Part shown: one piece after another, positions 28,792-38,405 of the stretch
Layout of the letters: each line of letters begins with the position of its first letter
Numbering within the stretch: position 1 is the first letter of the stretch
Assembly: GCA_937138495.1 (NCBI GenBank)
Contig: CAKZPE010000016.1
Location: forward strand, 7,977-71,976
Reading direction: 5' to 3'
Length of the DNA: 64,000 bases
Source of the DNA: an uncultured Oceanospirillaceae bacterium
GTDB taxonomy: Bacteria > Pseudomonadota > Gammaproteobacteria > Pseudomonadales > Balneatricaceae
Program-made: the position numbers and the translations under genes
The notes under the pieces: generated by a model
Database searches by the model: none
Told to the model about the DNA's origin: nothing
What the model saw: the letters and a program-made list of their open reading frames with translations, nothing else

Positions 28792-29451
28792 ATGTCATTA
28801 CGCATCAACGATCAGGCCCCCAACTTCACCGCACAAACCACCCGGGGAGAGATAGACTTTCACCAGTGGATCGGCGACGGCTGGGCAGTGCTCTTCTCCC
28901 ACCCAAAAGACTTTACGCCGGTCTGCACCACAGAGCTGGGATTCATGGCCAAAATCCAGCCCGAATTTGATAAACGAAATACCAAAATTATCGGCCTGAG
29001 CATCGACCCTCTCGAGGATCATGTTAAGTGGATTAAAGATGTCGAAGAAGTGGCAAATACCACAGTGAACTATCCGGTCATTGCTGATACCGATCTGAGT
29101 ATCGCTAAGCTTTACAACATGTTCCCCGCCGATGAAACCGGCTCTGCAGAAGGCCGCACTGCTATGACCAACGCCACTGTACGTTCAGTATTTGTGGTCG
29201 GTCCGGATAAAAATATAAAACTGATGATCACCTATCCAATGACCACCGGCCGCAATTTTGATGAAATCCTGCGGGTCATCGACTCTATGCAACTCACTGC
29301 CAAACATAAGGTTGCCACCCCGGTGAACTGGCAACAGGGAGAGGACGTCATCATCGTGCCTGCTGTGTCTAATGAAGACGCTGAGAAAATCTATCCGGAC
29401 GGCTGGGAAACCGTTAAGCCCTACCTGCGCAAAGTAAAACAACCGGGCTGA
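28792..29451 (+). CDS. 1-Cys peroxiredoxin (Prx6-type)
   Basis: GGAGG RBS 6 nt before ATG 28792. SHPKDFTPVCTTE is the peroxidatic Cys motif. The track ORF begins upstream at 28696. Confidence 0.9.
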   Translation: MSLRINDQAPNFTAQTTRGEIDFHQWIGDGWAVLFSHPKDFTPVCTTELGFMAKIQPEFDKRNTKIIGLSIDPLEDHVKWIKDVEEVANTTVNYPVIADTDLSIAKLYNMFPADETGSAEGRTAMTNATVRSVFVVGPDKNIKLMITYPMTTGRNFDEILRVIDSMQLTAKHKVATPVNWQQGEDVIIVPAVSNEDAEKIYPDGWETVKPYLRKVKQPG

Positions 29452-29470
29452 CAATTTCTATTCCCCGAAA

Positions 29471-29503
29471 ACACAAAAGCCATGCAATGCATGGCTTTTG
29501 TGT
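29471..29503. terminator. Bidirectional hairpin terminator between convergent genes
   Basis: ACACAAAAGCCATGCA-AT-GCATGGCTTTTGTGT is a near-perfect stem of about 15 bp, T-rich on both sides. Confidence 0.75.
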
Positions 29504-29527
29504 ATAAACAGATAATCTCAGTGCGGA

Positions 29528-29875
29528 TCAGAACGGCACATCATCATCAAAGTCGACCGGCGCGCTGGTGTCGTATGCAGGAGTCTGATCATAAGGATCT
29601 GCTGCCGCTGCACCCCCCTGAATCTTCCAGCCAACCAGATTGTTAAAATAGCGGCCATTATATTCACGGCCACGGATATCGAAAGAAACCGTTACCTGCT
29701 GCCCCGGTTGCACATTGTCCAGCAGGCTGACTTTATCCTGCACAAACTCCAGATTGATATCCTGCGGATACTTGCCTTCTTCAACCGTTACAACCATTTC
29801 ACGCTTGGTGAAGCCGCTGTTAAAGGTCTGCGGATCCTGAATTAACTTAACCTTACCGGTCAGTTCGTAAGCCAT
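29528..29875 (-). CDS. DUF3127-like OB-fold protein with an SSB-type acidic C-terminal tip
   Basis: The N-terminal 85 aa (ELTGKV...FTKREMVV...YPQDI.LEF..DKV..L..V..GQ.VTVSFDIRGREYNGRYFNNL..WKI) match my recollection of DUF3127. An Ala/Pro/Asp linker follows, then the terminal VDFDDDVPF. Confidence 0.7.
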   Translation of the reverse strand: MAYELTGKVKLIQDPQTFNSGFTKREMVVTVEEGKYPQDINLEFVQDKVSLLDNVQPGQQVTVSFDIRGREYNGRYFNNLVGWKIQGGAAAADPYDQTPAYDTSAPVDFDDDVPF

Positions 29876-30104
29876 TGTCTTTACCTTGTATAGCTACATC
29901 GTGATGGGGCTTATTTAAGCAGAAAACAGGGAGGATTACCGTAGATTTTTACAGTAAATACCCGTTCTTACCAACAGACATGAACGCGCCAATTTTCGAT
30001 ACAGAACCCCTCAGTCACACCTGTACCAGACGATCTTACTTAAGTAATCCCGGCCATGGCCGATACTATTTTCGGTAAAGGGATTTATAAGGAGCGCATT
30101 TAAT

Positions 30105-30581
30105 ATGGACATTCAGAACACCCCTGCTGCAACAATGATGCAGAGCAGCACAGTAAAGCCAACACCAGGCACTGATCAGCAAAATGATACTGATAATAAA
30201 AACAGTAACATTAGCACTGACAGTCGCAGCATTAATCAGGAAAGCACTGAAGAAAATAAAAAAGGAGAAGAAGGTGTTATTAAATCAGACACAGGTAAAA
30301 CTAAAGAAAATTTATCACCTCTTCAGATCGCGCTAAAAAAAATAAAAGAGCAGATACAGAAAGTTAAAGAACAAATTGCTGAAACCCAGCAAAAGCTCAT
30401 GAACGAAAAGATCAAATCCGGCAGCAACCCCTCCCCCAAAGTCATGGCTTTACAAAACAAACTGGAAGGGCTTTTACAACAGCACGGAACATTAATTTCT
30501 GATCATGCAGACTTGATCACTAAAATCCAGGAATCTAATGTAAACAATCTGAAAGGCAGTTTGATAGACACTTCCGCCTGA
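30105..30581 (+). CDS. Hypothetical low-complexity / coiled-coil protein (AT-rich gene)
   Basis: AGGAG RBS. 158 aa with an Asn/Ser/Thr/Gln-rich N-terminal half and a heptad-like C-terminal half (LQIALKKIKEQIQKVKEQIAETQQKL). Confidence 0.55.
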   Translation: MDIQNTPAATMMQSSTVKPTPGTDQQNDTDNKNSNISTDSRSINQESTEENKKGEEGVIKSDTGKTKENLSPLQIALKKIKEQIQKVKEQIAETQQKLMNEKIKSGSNPSPKVMALQNKLEGLLQQHGTLISDHADLITKIQESNVNNLKGSLIDTSA

Positions 30582-30998
30582 GCATTATCAATATCTTAAG
30601 CACATCTGTAGATCAGATATATTTTCTTAGGCATGAAAACCATTAGCAAATGATTAATGGTATTTATGTAAAGAACGGGGATCTGTCAGGCAGAAATGCA
30701 GTAATAACATATAGATAACAAAGAAATGCCTGCCCGGTATCTTTGCCCCTTATTCTTAGTCAGCGAACCAGTTCAGACAGAAGACTGAAAATATGCACCG
30801 GATGGTACGGCCACATCACAAGGACTGTTAATCGTGTCTCAGCGCTGAGAACAGTGGGCACCCAATGCCTTTCCAATTTGCAGAAAGGCAGTTTTATGCC
30901 CGTTCGGGGTAAAACCAACCACCTACACAAAGTACTCGCCAAAACAGAGCCTTGCCACTATCATTCACGCCGAACTCACTGAAAGAAGAAATACTGTT

Positions 30999-31334
30999 AT
31001 GTCTTTGCCTAACTGCCCAAGCTGTAATTCAGAATACGTGTACCAGGATCAGGATATGCTGATCTGCCCGGAATGCTCATATGAATGGAATCCTGTTGAA
31101 GCTGCTGAAGAAGACGCCCTGAACATTCGGGACGCCAACGGCACACAGTTACAGGACGGTGATAAAGTGACGCTGATTAAAGATCTGAAAGTAAAAGGCA
31201 GTTCTCAGGTACTGAAGATTGGAACAAAGGCGCTGATCAAGCGTATGGTAGATGGCAAAGACCACGAACTGGACTGCCGGGTAGACGGTGCCGGTGATAT
31301 GATGGTAACCGCCAAGTTTGTAAAGAAAGCGTAA
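30999..31334 (+). CDS. yjdM: Zinc-ribbon protein YjdM/PhnA
   Basis: [17 protein letters not shown]....CPEC zinc ribbon, plus the C-terminal [17 protein letters not shown] and family ending, are collinear with E. coli YjdM. Confidence 0.9.
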   Translation: MSLPNCPSCNSEYVYQDQDMLICPECSYEWNPVEAAEEDALNIRDANGTQLQDGDKVTLIKDLKVKGSSQVLKIGTKALIKRMVDGKDHELDCRVDGAGDMMVTAKFVKKA

Positions 31335-31340
31335 AACCTG

Positions 31341-31365
31341 CGGGGCAGAAAGTACTTCTGCCCCG
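31341..31365. terminator. Hairpin terminator between yjdM and the convergent EAL gene
   Basis: CGGGGCAGAAG-TA-CTTCTGCCCCG is a perfect 11-bp stem followed by TTATATTCT. Confidence 0.65.
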
Positions 31366-31376
31366 TTATATTCTCC

Positions 31377-33035
31377 TTATTCAGTTAGCGCACTTTCCGG
31401 GCGGCTGGCATTACTTTCAAACCACTCTTCAAATGCACCGACAGGCATGGGCCTGGCCAGTAAATATCCCTGTACAACATCGCAGCCTTCCCGTTTCAGC
31501 TTTTGCAATACAGCCGGATTATTGACGCCTTCTGCAGTTACCTGCAGCCCAAGGTTGTGAGCAAGATTGATGGTCGCATTTACAATCACCGCATCACTCT
31601 CATCCGTCAGTATATCTTTCACAAAAGACCGGTCTATTTTCAGTTCTTTTAACGGCATACGTTTAAGGTAAGACAGGGAGGAGTAGCCAGTCCCATAATC
31701 ATCAATGGAAAAGCGAAACCCCATCTGATCAATCCGGTTAATGATTTCAAAAGCGGTTTCCGGGTTGCTCATAATTGAGCTCTCTGTGATTTCCAGCATG
31801 ATCCATTCAGGATTCACTCCTGTGCGTCCTTTCAGGCCCGCAATCAGGTCTGGCAATTCCGGGTTATTAAGATCTTTGGCTGAAAGGTTCACGGAAAGAC
31901 AAATCTCATATCCCGCCTGCGCCCACTTCACCGCCTGTACCATGCTGGCTTCAATCACCCAGCGGGTCAGGGACTGGATCATCCGGGTACGTTCCATCAG
32001 GGGTACAAAGTGATCCGGCAGCAGTAATCCATGCCGGGGATGATTCCAGCGCACCAGCGCCTCTGCCCCACTGACACGGTTATTTGTTAAATCCAGTTTT
32101 GGCTGATAATAAAGCTCAAGCTCTTCCCGCTCGACTGCCTGATTGAGCTCGCTGATAAGTGTGAGCTGACGGGGAGTATGCTCATCATATGAAGGGTCAT
32201 ACAGCGCATAGCCTTTGTTAGAGTTTTGCGCGACGTACAGTGCAATACCGGCCCGCTGGACCAGCGTATCAACGTCCCCGCCATGATCAGGGAAATACAC
32301 AATGCCGATATTGGCCTGACAGGCCATCTTTACCTTATCGACAAAAAACGCTTCTTCCAGTGCCCGGTGAATATTCTCTGCCTGGAGTATGACGCTTTCC
32401 TTGTTCTCAATATTTGTTAGCAGCAGGGAAAAGATATTACTGTCGATGCGTGCAATGGTCGCCGGTGACGAATACGCGCTTTTTAAACGCACAGATACCT
32501 GCCTGATCAGACTGTCGCTGGCATTTCTTCCAAGGGTGTCACTGACCTGTTTGTAATTACCGATTTCAATGAGTAAAACCGAAAGGTACCGCTGTGAACT
32601 GTCCCGGGATAAAATTCCCTGCTCCACCCGGTCGTAAAACAGCTCCTTGTTTGGCAGATCCGTCAACAGATCATGGGTCACGTTATACCGGGCCTGCTTT
32701 TCAAAGTTATCAGCCCGTTCCCGCAATTCCTGTGTCTGATCAATCACCAGTGCACTGGCCTCATACGCAAGAATCGTACTTGAATACTGCCCCCAGAACG
32801 CAAAAACAAAAGGCACTGCATCCATAATCCAGAGTGCCATATTGGTCCTCTGTACAAAGGCAATGCCATCAAGGGTTATACCTCCGGTGGCGTAATAACT
32901 GGCGCCCAGCGTGGCGACTACCAGCGCGGCCACCGCAACAACAATGCCCTGATAAGCTGTTTTAGAAACCCTCGACCTTAAAACCTTTACATTATTATGT
33001 AAGAAATCGTTTGTGTTACTGCCGATTAAATTCAC
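31377..33035 (-). CDS. Membrane-anchored degenerate-GGDEF / EAL c-di-GMP phosphodiesterase
   Basis: Two N-terminal TM segments. EAL motifs are intact: EALVRW, DDYGTGYSSLSYL, KIDRSFV, QGYLLARP. The GGDEF position reads DSNIF (32430-32444). Confidence 0.85.
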   Translation of the reverse strand: MNLIGSNTNDFLHNNVKVLRSRVSKTAYQGIVVAVAALVVATLGASYYATGGITLDGIAFVQRTNMALWIMDAVPFVFAFWGQYSSTILAYEASALVIDQTQELRERADNFEKQARYNVTHDLLTDLPNKELFYDRVEQGILSRDSSQRYLSVLLIEIGNYKQVSDTLGRNASDSLIRQVSVRLKSAYSSPATIARIDSNIFSLLLTNIENKESVILQAENIHRALEEAFFVDKVKMACQANIGIVYFPDHGGDVDTLVQRAGIALYVAQNSNKGYALYDPSYDEHTPRQLTLISELNQAVEREELELYYQPKLDLTNNRVSGAEALVRWNHPRHGLLLPDHFVPLMERTRMIQSLTRWVIEASMVQAVKWAQAGYEICLSVNLSAKDLNNPELPDLIAGLKGRTGVNPEWIMLEITESSIMSNPETAFEIINRIDQMGFRFSIDDYGTGYSSLSYLKRMPLKELKIDRSFVKDILTDESDAVIVNATINLAHNLGLQVTAEGVNNPAVLQKLKREGCDVVQGYLLARPMPVGAFEEWFESNASRPESALTE

Positions 33036-33300
33036 ACTGCCACCTCTTCATCCTTGCTCTCCCCCAGTCAGTCAGAGGGAGGTGCGAATAACTGCATCTT
33101 TTAGTGTCGGCTTTACCATTGCATTCCCCGTGAATACTACACGCCGGTCAGCAATGATCATGACCCGGAAAAATCTGTCCCTGGTTACCCTGAGCGGGTA
33201 CCTGATTTATCCAGTACATATATAAGCATGTTAATTGAACAATATCACACTGAATAACGTCTTAACTTTACATAACGGGTAGCTTCACCGGATTCAGATA

Positions 33301-33340
33301 ACAAAAAACCGCCGGAAGCTTTCGCTGCCGGCGGTTTGTC
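33301..33340 (-). terminator. Intrinsic terminator ending the cobalamin gene array
   Basis: Minus strand reads AACCGCCGGCAGCGAAAGCTTCCGGCGGTT followed by TTTTTGT, 24 nt after the cbiX stop. Confidence 0.8.
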
Positions 33341-33363
33341 TCTAACCCTTCTTTCTTTTTAAT

Positions 33364-34581
33364 TTATTTCTTGTGAGCGAAGGTCTCTTCCGCTTTAACC
33401 AGACCGATGCGGTCCTGTTCTTCGTCCAGTACTTCCTGTGGGAACTGGCTCATGAAGCAGCAGCACACACCTTCACCGATCATAGTACGTGGCCCCAGCG
33501 GGTGCGCAATATGCTTGTAGATACCATGGCTATGGCCGTGGTCATGATCGTGAGAATGCCCGTGACCGTGATCATGTGAGTGACCGTGATCGTGGGAATG
33601 CCCGTGATCGTGAGAATGGCCATGGTCGTGTGAATGGCCATGGTCGTGTGAATGGCCGTGATCGTGCGAATGGCCGTGATCATGACCATGCTCATCAGCG
33701 TTCGGATTGAACTCAGCATGGTGATGGTGAACATCCACTTCACCGGCCGCCAGACGGCGCCTGAAGGATTCCATCAGGCTTTCGTTACTCAGGTCCTGTG
33801 CACCATCCAGAATTTCACGCACCCGGATTTCAAATGCGTCAATCACTTTCTCATGATCGTTCAGGTACGGAGTTTTAATGAACTCAACACCCGGATTCTG
33901 TTCAGCAACCTGATCTACATAGCCATAGATACGCTTGATCAGACGGCCGGTAAACAGGAAGTACGGCGCGACAACTACGCGCTTATAACCCAGCTTCAGC
34001 AGTTTTTCCATGCCGACGCCAACCGATGGATAGGTCACACCGGAGTAAACCGTATCAGCCCAGCCGAAACCCATGTTTTCATTAACGATACGGGTCAGCT
34101 TAGCCGCTTCGGCATTCGCGCCGGTGTCAGAGGTACCACGACCAACAACCACTAAGAGAGTGTCATAAAGGTTCTCTGGCGGATTTTCCGGATCCAGGCC
34201 CATAGACTCATAAATCCGTGCCTGAAAGGCCTCGATCATCGCCGGGTGCAGGCCCAGCTCGCTGCCGTAATGCATTTCGACCTGGCTGTTGTTTTCTTCA
34301 AACGTCGTCAGCACAGACGGAATATCATTTTTAGCGTGGGTCGCCGCAAACAGCATACCCGGAATGGCGTATACCTGCTCTACGCCCTGCTCCAGCAAGG
34401 AATTCAGCCCCATGTGAATGTTTGGCGCTGAAAACTCCAGAAAGCCATACTCAACCGGGATATCCGGAAAGCGTTTCTTCAGGCCGGCAGCCACTAAACC
34501 AAATTCGCGTTCTGCATCTTTGTCACGGCTACCGTGACCACAGACCATAATGCCTTTTTTTGACACAATTTCTCTCCGCAT
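33364..34581 (-). CDS. cbiX: Long-form class II chelatase CbiX (sirohydrochlorin cobaltochelatase-like) with a His-rich segment and C-terminal Cys cluster
   Basis: MVCGHGSRD and a second VVVGRGTSD half (two CbiX/SirB repeats). (GHSHDH)x6 His-rich block. C-terminal GEGVCCCF as in CbiX(L). The start is ambiguous: ATG 34581, GTG 34566 (with a GGAGAG RBS) or ATG 34548. Confidence 0.8.
   Translation of the reverse strand: MRREIVSKKGIMVCGHGSRDKDAEREFGLVAAGLKKRFPDIPVEYGFLEFSAPNIHMGLNSLLEQGVEQVYAIPGMLFAATHAKNDIPSVLTTFEENNSQVEMHYGSELGLHPAMIEAFQARIYESMGLDPENPPENLYDTLLVVVGRGTSDTGANAEAAKLTRIVNENMGFGWADTVYSGVTYPSVGVGMEKLLKLGYKRVVVAPYFLFTGRLIKRIYGYVDQVAEQNPGVEFIKTPYLNDHEKVIDAFEIRVREILDGAQDLSNESLMESFRRRLAAGEVDVHHHHAEFNPNADEHGHDHGHSHDHGHSHDHGHSHDHGHSHDHGHSHDHGHSHDHGHGHSHDHDHGHSHGIYKHIAHPLGPRTMIGEGVCCCFMSQFPQEVLDEEQDRIGLVKAEETFAHKK
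33523..33729 (-). repeat. Coding tandem repeat (18-nt period) specifying the His-rich block of CbiX
   Basis: Six consecutive GHSHDH hexapeptides plus degenerate flanks. The DNA copies differ at synonymous and neighbouring positions. Confidence 0.85.
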
Positions 34582-34660
34582 CTTGTTGCCCTGTCTGATT
34601 CTGCAGGGCTGTATATTCTTAGTATATTTTATTGCTCACATCTGTTGCAGATGTTCTCGA

Positions 34661-35767
34661 TCAAATCGTTTCCAGCCGGGCTTTCAGTTCCGCCGCCAAT
34701 ACCGGATCAAGGGCGTTAATTATGCCCGTACGTAACAGCATGGTGCCATCGTGCAAATCAATTAAACGCACCAATATGCCCCGTTTTGCCAACTGTTGAT
34801 ACAACTCATACGCCGCCGGTGTTGCCAGCCGGTGGCAGGAAAATAACTGTTCCCGGCAAAAAGGCTGTGCATCATACGCCTCTAAGACCGGCTGTAAAAG
34901 TGTTTCTGTCAGCTCAGCATTAGCCGCAATATTTATGCGCGCCTGTTGCTGCCATTGCTCATCATTCAGTGCCGCAATCGCAACTGTTTGCGCCGGGCCA
35001 TTCACTGGCCAGGGGCCCAGCAATTTTGCCAGTTCCTGCATCACGGTTTCACTGCCGAAAATCGCTCCGAGCCTGATACCCGCCAATCCGAAGAACTTAC
35101 CGAATGAACGTAATACCAGCATATTCGGCCGGTAGTGCTCGCCCAGCACAGTCTGTTCCGGTTGCAGATCAACAAATGCTTCATCAATGATCAGCTTTGC
35201 ACCCGGTGCCATCCGTTCAGCCCAGCTTGCTAACTGCTGCGGGGTAAACCTCAGCCCGGTAGGGTTATTCGGGTTAATCACCAGCAGATGAAAAGCTTCT
35301 TCCTTCGATTCCGCTTGCAACAGTGCCTGTTCAATAGCACGTTCCGCTTCTGCCTGGTCCAACGCCGGATAATAGCGCAGTTCAGCGCCATACTGCTGCC
35401 AGTGCTGACGGTGTTCCTGATAGCCAAAATCCGGCAGGAGCACCGGCATATCATCCAGTACCTCAGGCAGAAACTGGATAATCGGCTGGCTACCATTGGC
35501 CAGCTGATAAGGCAGATCCGCGTAATACCGGCGAACCGCCTCATCCAGTTCCGGACGTAAATACGGCAAAGCCTGATACGCCTGGCTGTCGAAGGCCGGT
35601 AACGGGTAGTACTGCGGATTGATCCCCGTTGAAAGGTCAATCCAGTCTTCCACCGGCGTGCCAAATTGCTGACTGGCGGTATACAGATCCCCCCCATGAC
35701 AGAGATTCAGCGCCTGACCACTCAGGCGGCCTGTACTGTCCACGCTGCTCACATGCCCTTCAGCCAT
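34661..35767 (-). CDS. cobD: L-threonine-O-3-phosphate decarboxylase (CobD of Salmonella / CobC-type PLP enzyme)
   Basis: LCHGGDL....FGTP...WIDLSTGINP parallels the Salmonella CobD N-terminus. Class I/II aminotransferase fold. ATG 35767 overlaps the cbiB stop (ATGA). The track ORF extends to 35836. Confidence 0.8.
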   Translation of the reverse strand: MAEGHVSSVDSTGRLSGQALNLCHGGDLYTASQQFGTPVEDWIDLSTGINPQYYPLPAFDSQAYQALPYLRPELDEAVRRYYADLPYQLANGSQPIIQFLPEVLDDMPVLLPDFGYQEHRQHWQQYGAELRYYPALDQAEAERAIEQALLQAESKEEAFHLLVINPNNPTGLRFTPQQLASWAERMAPGAKLIIDEAFVDLQPEQTVLGEHYRPNMLVLRSFGKFFGLAGIRLGAIFGSETVMQELAKLLGPWPVNGPAQTVAIAALNDEQWQQQARINIAANAELTETLLQPVLEAYDAQPFCREQLFSCHRLATPAAYELYQQLAKRGILVRLIDLHDGTMLLRTGIINALDPVLAAELKARLETI

Positions 35768-36747
35768 CACATCAGCCTCACGGTCAGCCACAGAGACGGC
35801 GCCATTGCCAGTGCTGCAATGACCAGATACCAGCACAGAATCGCCTTATTCACTAACCGGCAGGCCGCTTCAATATCCCTGGCTTTCGGCGTTGGATCTT
35901 CCACCAGCCCCAGCACCGGACGGTCCTGCCATTTGCCGTGGTACACCGCGCCACCACCAAGTTTAACGCCAATGGCGGCCGCGCCGCTGGACATCACCAG
36001 CCCCGCATTCGGGCTCTTCCAGTTGCCCCGCTGGCGCTTCCAGGCTTTAAACCCGGCGCTCATTTTACCCACCAGACAATAGCTCAGAGCGGTTAACCGC
36101 GCCGGTATAAAATTCAGTACATCGTCCGCCCGGGCCGCCGCCCAGCCGAACTTCAGGTAACGGCGGTTCTTATACCCCCACATGGCATCCAGTGTGTTGC
36201 TCATGCGGTACAGCACGACGCCGGGAACCCCAAGCAGGCAGAACCAGAAGATGGCAGCAAAAATAGCATCCGCGCCGTTTTCCAGCACCGATTCAGTCGC
36301 AGCGGTAGCAATCGCGGTTTCATCCAGCTCAGAGGTATCGCGGCTGACGATCATACTTACCGCCTGCCGGGCACCGCCCATATCCCCCTGCCCTAACGGA
36401 ACGGCGATCGCGCGGCCATGGCTTAACAGGCTCTGCCAGCCAATACAGAGATACAGCACAGCAGCACCAATTAAGGTTTCGAGCCAGATATTCAGTGCCA
36501 GAATGTCCATCAGCACACAGGCCACAAAGGTAATTGGCAATACCGCCAGACACCAGGCAAAAATCCCCCGCCATTTGCCGGAAGCGTCACCCTGAGAACC
36601 GTTACGGTAACGGTTCAGGTGCTTCTCCAGCCAAATCGCCAGATTGCCAAACCCTACCAGCGGATGATAGCTGCGCGGCTCCTGAAAACGGTAATCCAGT
36701 AACAGGGCCAGCAGGATGGCCAGTACGATGCTTAATCCTTCCGTCAT
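35767..36747 (-). CDS. cbiB: Adenosylcobinamide-phosphate synthase CbiB
   Basis: Membrane protein of 326 aa. N-terminal [18 protein letters not shown] is characteristic of CbiB/CobD. It has a 4-nt overlap with cobQ. Confidence 0.9.
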   Translation of the reverse strand: MTEGLSIVLAILLALLLDYRFQEPRSYHPLVGFGNLAIWLEKHLNRYRNGSQGDASGKWRGIFAWCLAVLPITFVACVLMDILALNIWLETLIGAAVLYLCIGWQSLLSHGRAIAVPLGQGDMGGARQAVSMIVSRDTSELDETAIATAATESVLENGADAIFAAIFWFCLLGVPGVVLYRMSNTLDAMWGYKNRRYLKFGWAAARADDVLNFIPARLTALSYCLVGKMSAGFKAWKRQRGNWKSPNAGLVMSSGAAAIGVKLGGGAVYHGKWQDRPVLGLVEDPTPKARDIEAACRLVNKAILCWYLVIAALAMAPSLWLTVRLM

Positions 36748-38372
36748 GATGCCTGTTCCCGTTCTTCCGGCAGAACACTGCTATCCAGTTGCAGCAGGTC
36801 CAGTAGTTTCTCCAGAGGTATCGCCTCTTCAACCACATCCGCAAGACGCTCAATCTGCTGATCACGGAAGGCCAGATAATCAAAGCTTTCAAACTGCGCC
36901 AGCCCGGCCCAGCGTAATACATATTCAAGAGTCGTTTCTTCGTCCAGCAGACCGTGAATATAACTGCCCATCACCCGGTTATCAGGGTCTACTGCACCAT
37001 CAGAAGAACCTTCAGGCATGCCCGGCTTCAGTTCACCGTGCTGCTGTTCCTGCTCCTGCAGACCACAAAACATTGGCGTTTCCAGGGCAGTACCGCTGCT
37101 GCGTCCGGTGTGAATCTCATACCCGCTGACCACGACAGCATCATCCGCTGCCAGACAGCCCCGCACATTACGCAGAATCTTATTACCGGTCAGCGTGGTT
37201 TCCATATCCAGCAGACCCAGACCCGCATCAGATCCCGGTGCAGACTCATGACCATCCGGATCATGCACCCAGTTACCCAGCATCTGATAACCGCCGCAAA
37301 TTCCCAGCACCTTACCGCCTAAGCGCAGATGCCGCTGAATCACTTCACGCCAGGTCAGATCACCGATACCCGCATCATTATGTTCGGTTTTCGCGTATGT
37401 ATTACGGCCATCCAGCCAGCTCAGATCACCCCGGACATTTTTACTGCCCGGCAGGATAATCAGATCAGCGCCTTTAAACTGCGCAGGGTCCTTCAGGAAC
37501 TGGCAATCCACCTGCGGGTGCATCCGCAGGGCATCGAAATCCGTATGGTTGCTGGCACGGGGATACAGCGGTACAACAACCCGCAGTTGCTGATAGTCAT
37601 CATCACCGGTCTGTTGCTGTGCAACCGCATCTTCCGCTTCTATATGCAGGTTATGAATATACGGAATTACCCCGGTTACCGGCACACCGGTTTTATCTTC
37701 CAGCCAGTCCAGCCCGGACTGCAATAAACGCACATCGCCCCGGAAACGATTGATAATAAAGCCTTTCACCCGGTTTTTTTCGGATTCGCTGAGCAGCTCA
37801 TAAGTACCGTACAGGTGCGCAAACACCCCACCCCGGTCGATATCCGCACAGATCACCACCGGGCAGTCTACCGCTTCAGCAAAGCCCATATTTGCAATAT
37901 CGTGTTCACGCAGATTGATCTCTGCCGGGCTGCCGGCCCCTTCCACCAGTACGGTCTGAAATTCATCCCGCAAGCGGTGATGGCTGGCCACTACCTCTTT
38001 CAGCAATTCCGGCTTATAGGCGTGATATTCCGTCGCCTGCATATTGCCCACAGCTTTACCGTGCAGAATCACCTGAGCACCCAGGTCACTGTTAGGTTTT
38101 AGCAGCACAGGATTCATACTGACAGAAGGCGTAAGAAAGCAGGCTTCAGCCTGAACCGCCTGAGCGCGGCCAATTTCACCACCTTCAGCGGTAACCGCGC
38201 TGTTAAGCGCCATATTCTGTGATTTAAACGGCACCACACTGATCCCCTTGCGGGCCAGTATCCGGCAAAAAGCCGTCACCAGAATGCTCTTGCCGGCATC
38301 GGAGGTAGTGCCCTGCACCATTAAGCTATGTGGTGAAGCAAAGTGGGATGATCCGTACGTTGCAGCTGTCAT
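36744..38372 (-). CDS. cobQ: Cobyric acid synthase CobQ/CbiP
   Basis: [12 protein letters not shown] nucleotide-binding N-terminus and the C-terminal glutamine amidotransferase [10 protein letters not shown]...HGL. Confidence 0.9.
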   Translation of the reverse strand: MTAATYGSSHFASPHSLMVQGTTSDAGKSILVTAFCRILARKGISVVPFKSQNMALNSAVTAEGGEIGRAQAVQAEACFLTPSVSMNPVLLKPNSDLGAQVILHGKAVGNMQATEYHAYKPELLKEVVASHHRLRDEFQTVLVEGAGSPAEINLREHDIANMGFAEAVDCPVVICADIDRGGVFAHLYGTYELLSESEKNRVKGFIINRFRGDVRLLQSGLDWLEDKTGVPVTGVIPYIHNLHIEAEDAVAQQQTGDDDYQQLRVVVPLYPRASNHTDFDALRMHPQVDCQFLKDPAQFKGADLIILPGSKNVRGDLSWLDGRNTYAKTEHNDAGIGDLTWREVIQRHLRLGGKVLGICGGYQMLGNWVHDPDGHESAPGSDAGLGLLDMETTLTGNKILRNVRGCLAADDAVVVSGYEIHTGRSSGTALETPMFCGLQEQEQQHGELKPGMPEGSSDGAVDPDNRVMGSYIHGLLDEETTLEYVLRWAGLAQFESFDYLAFRDQQIERLADVVEEAIPLEKLLDLLQLDSSVLPEEREQAS

Positions 38373-38405
38373 CGTTTTAACCTGTTGTTATTGCTTCGCC
38401 CGGCG

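Noticed and set aside
33523-33729. Regular 18-nt periodic repeats that could be mistaken for a CRISPR or VNTR locus
   Set aside because: The repeats are in frame within cbiX and encode (GHSHDH)n. There are no spacers and no leader.
35278-35697. 139-aa alternative-frame ORF within cobD, and similar same-strand out-of-frame ORFs (for example 58397-58891 and 36602-36928)
   Set aside because: They are out of frame with motif-supported genes. The Arg/Cys/Trp-rich translations are typical of off-frame reads.
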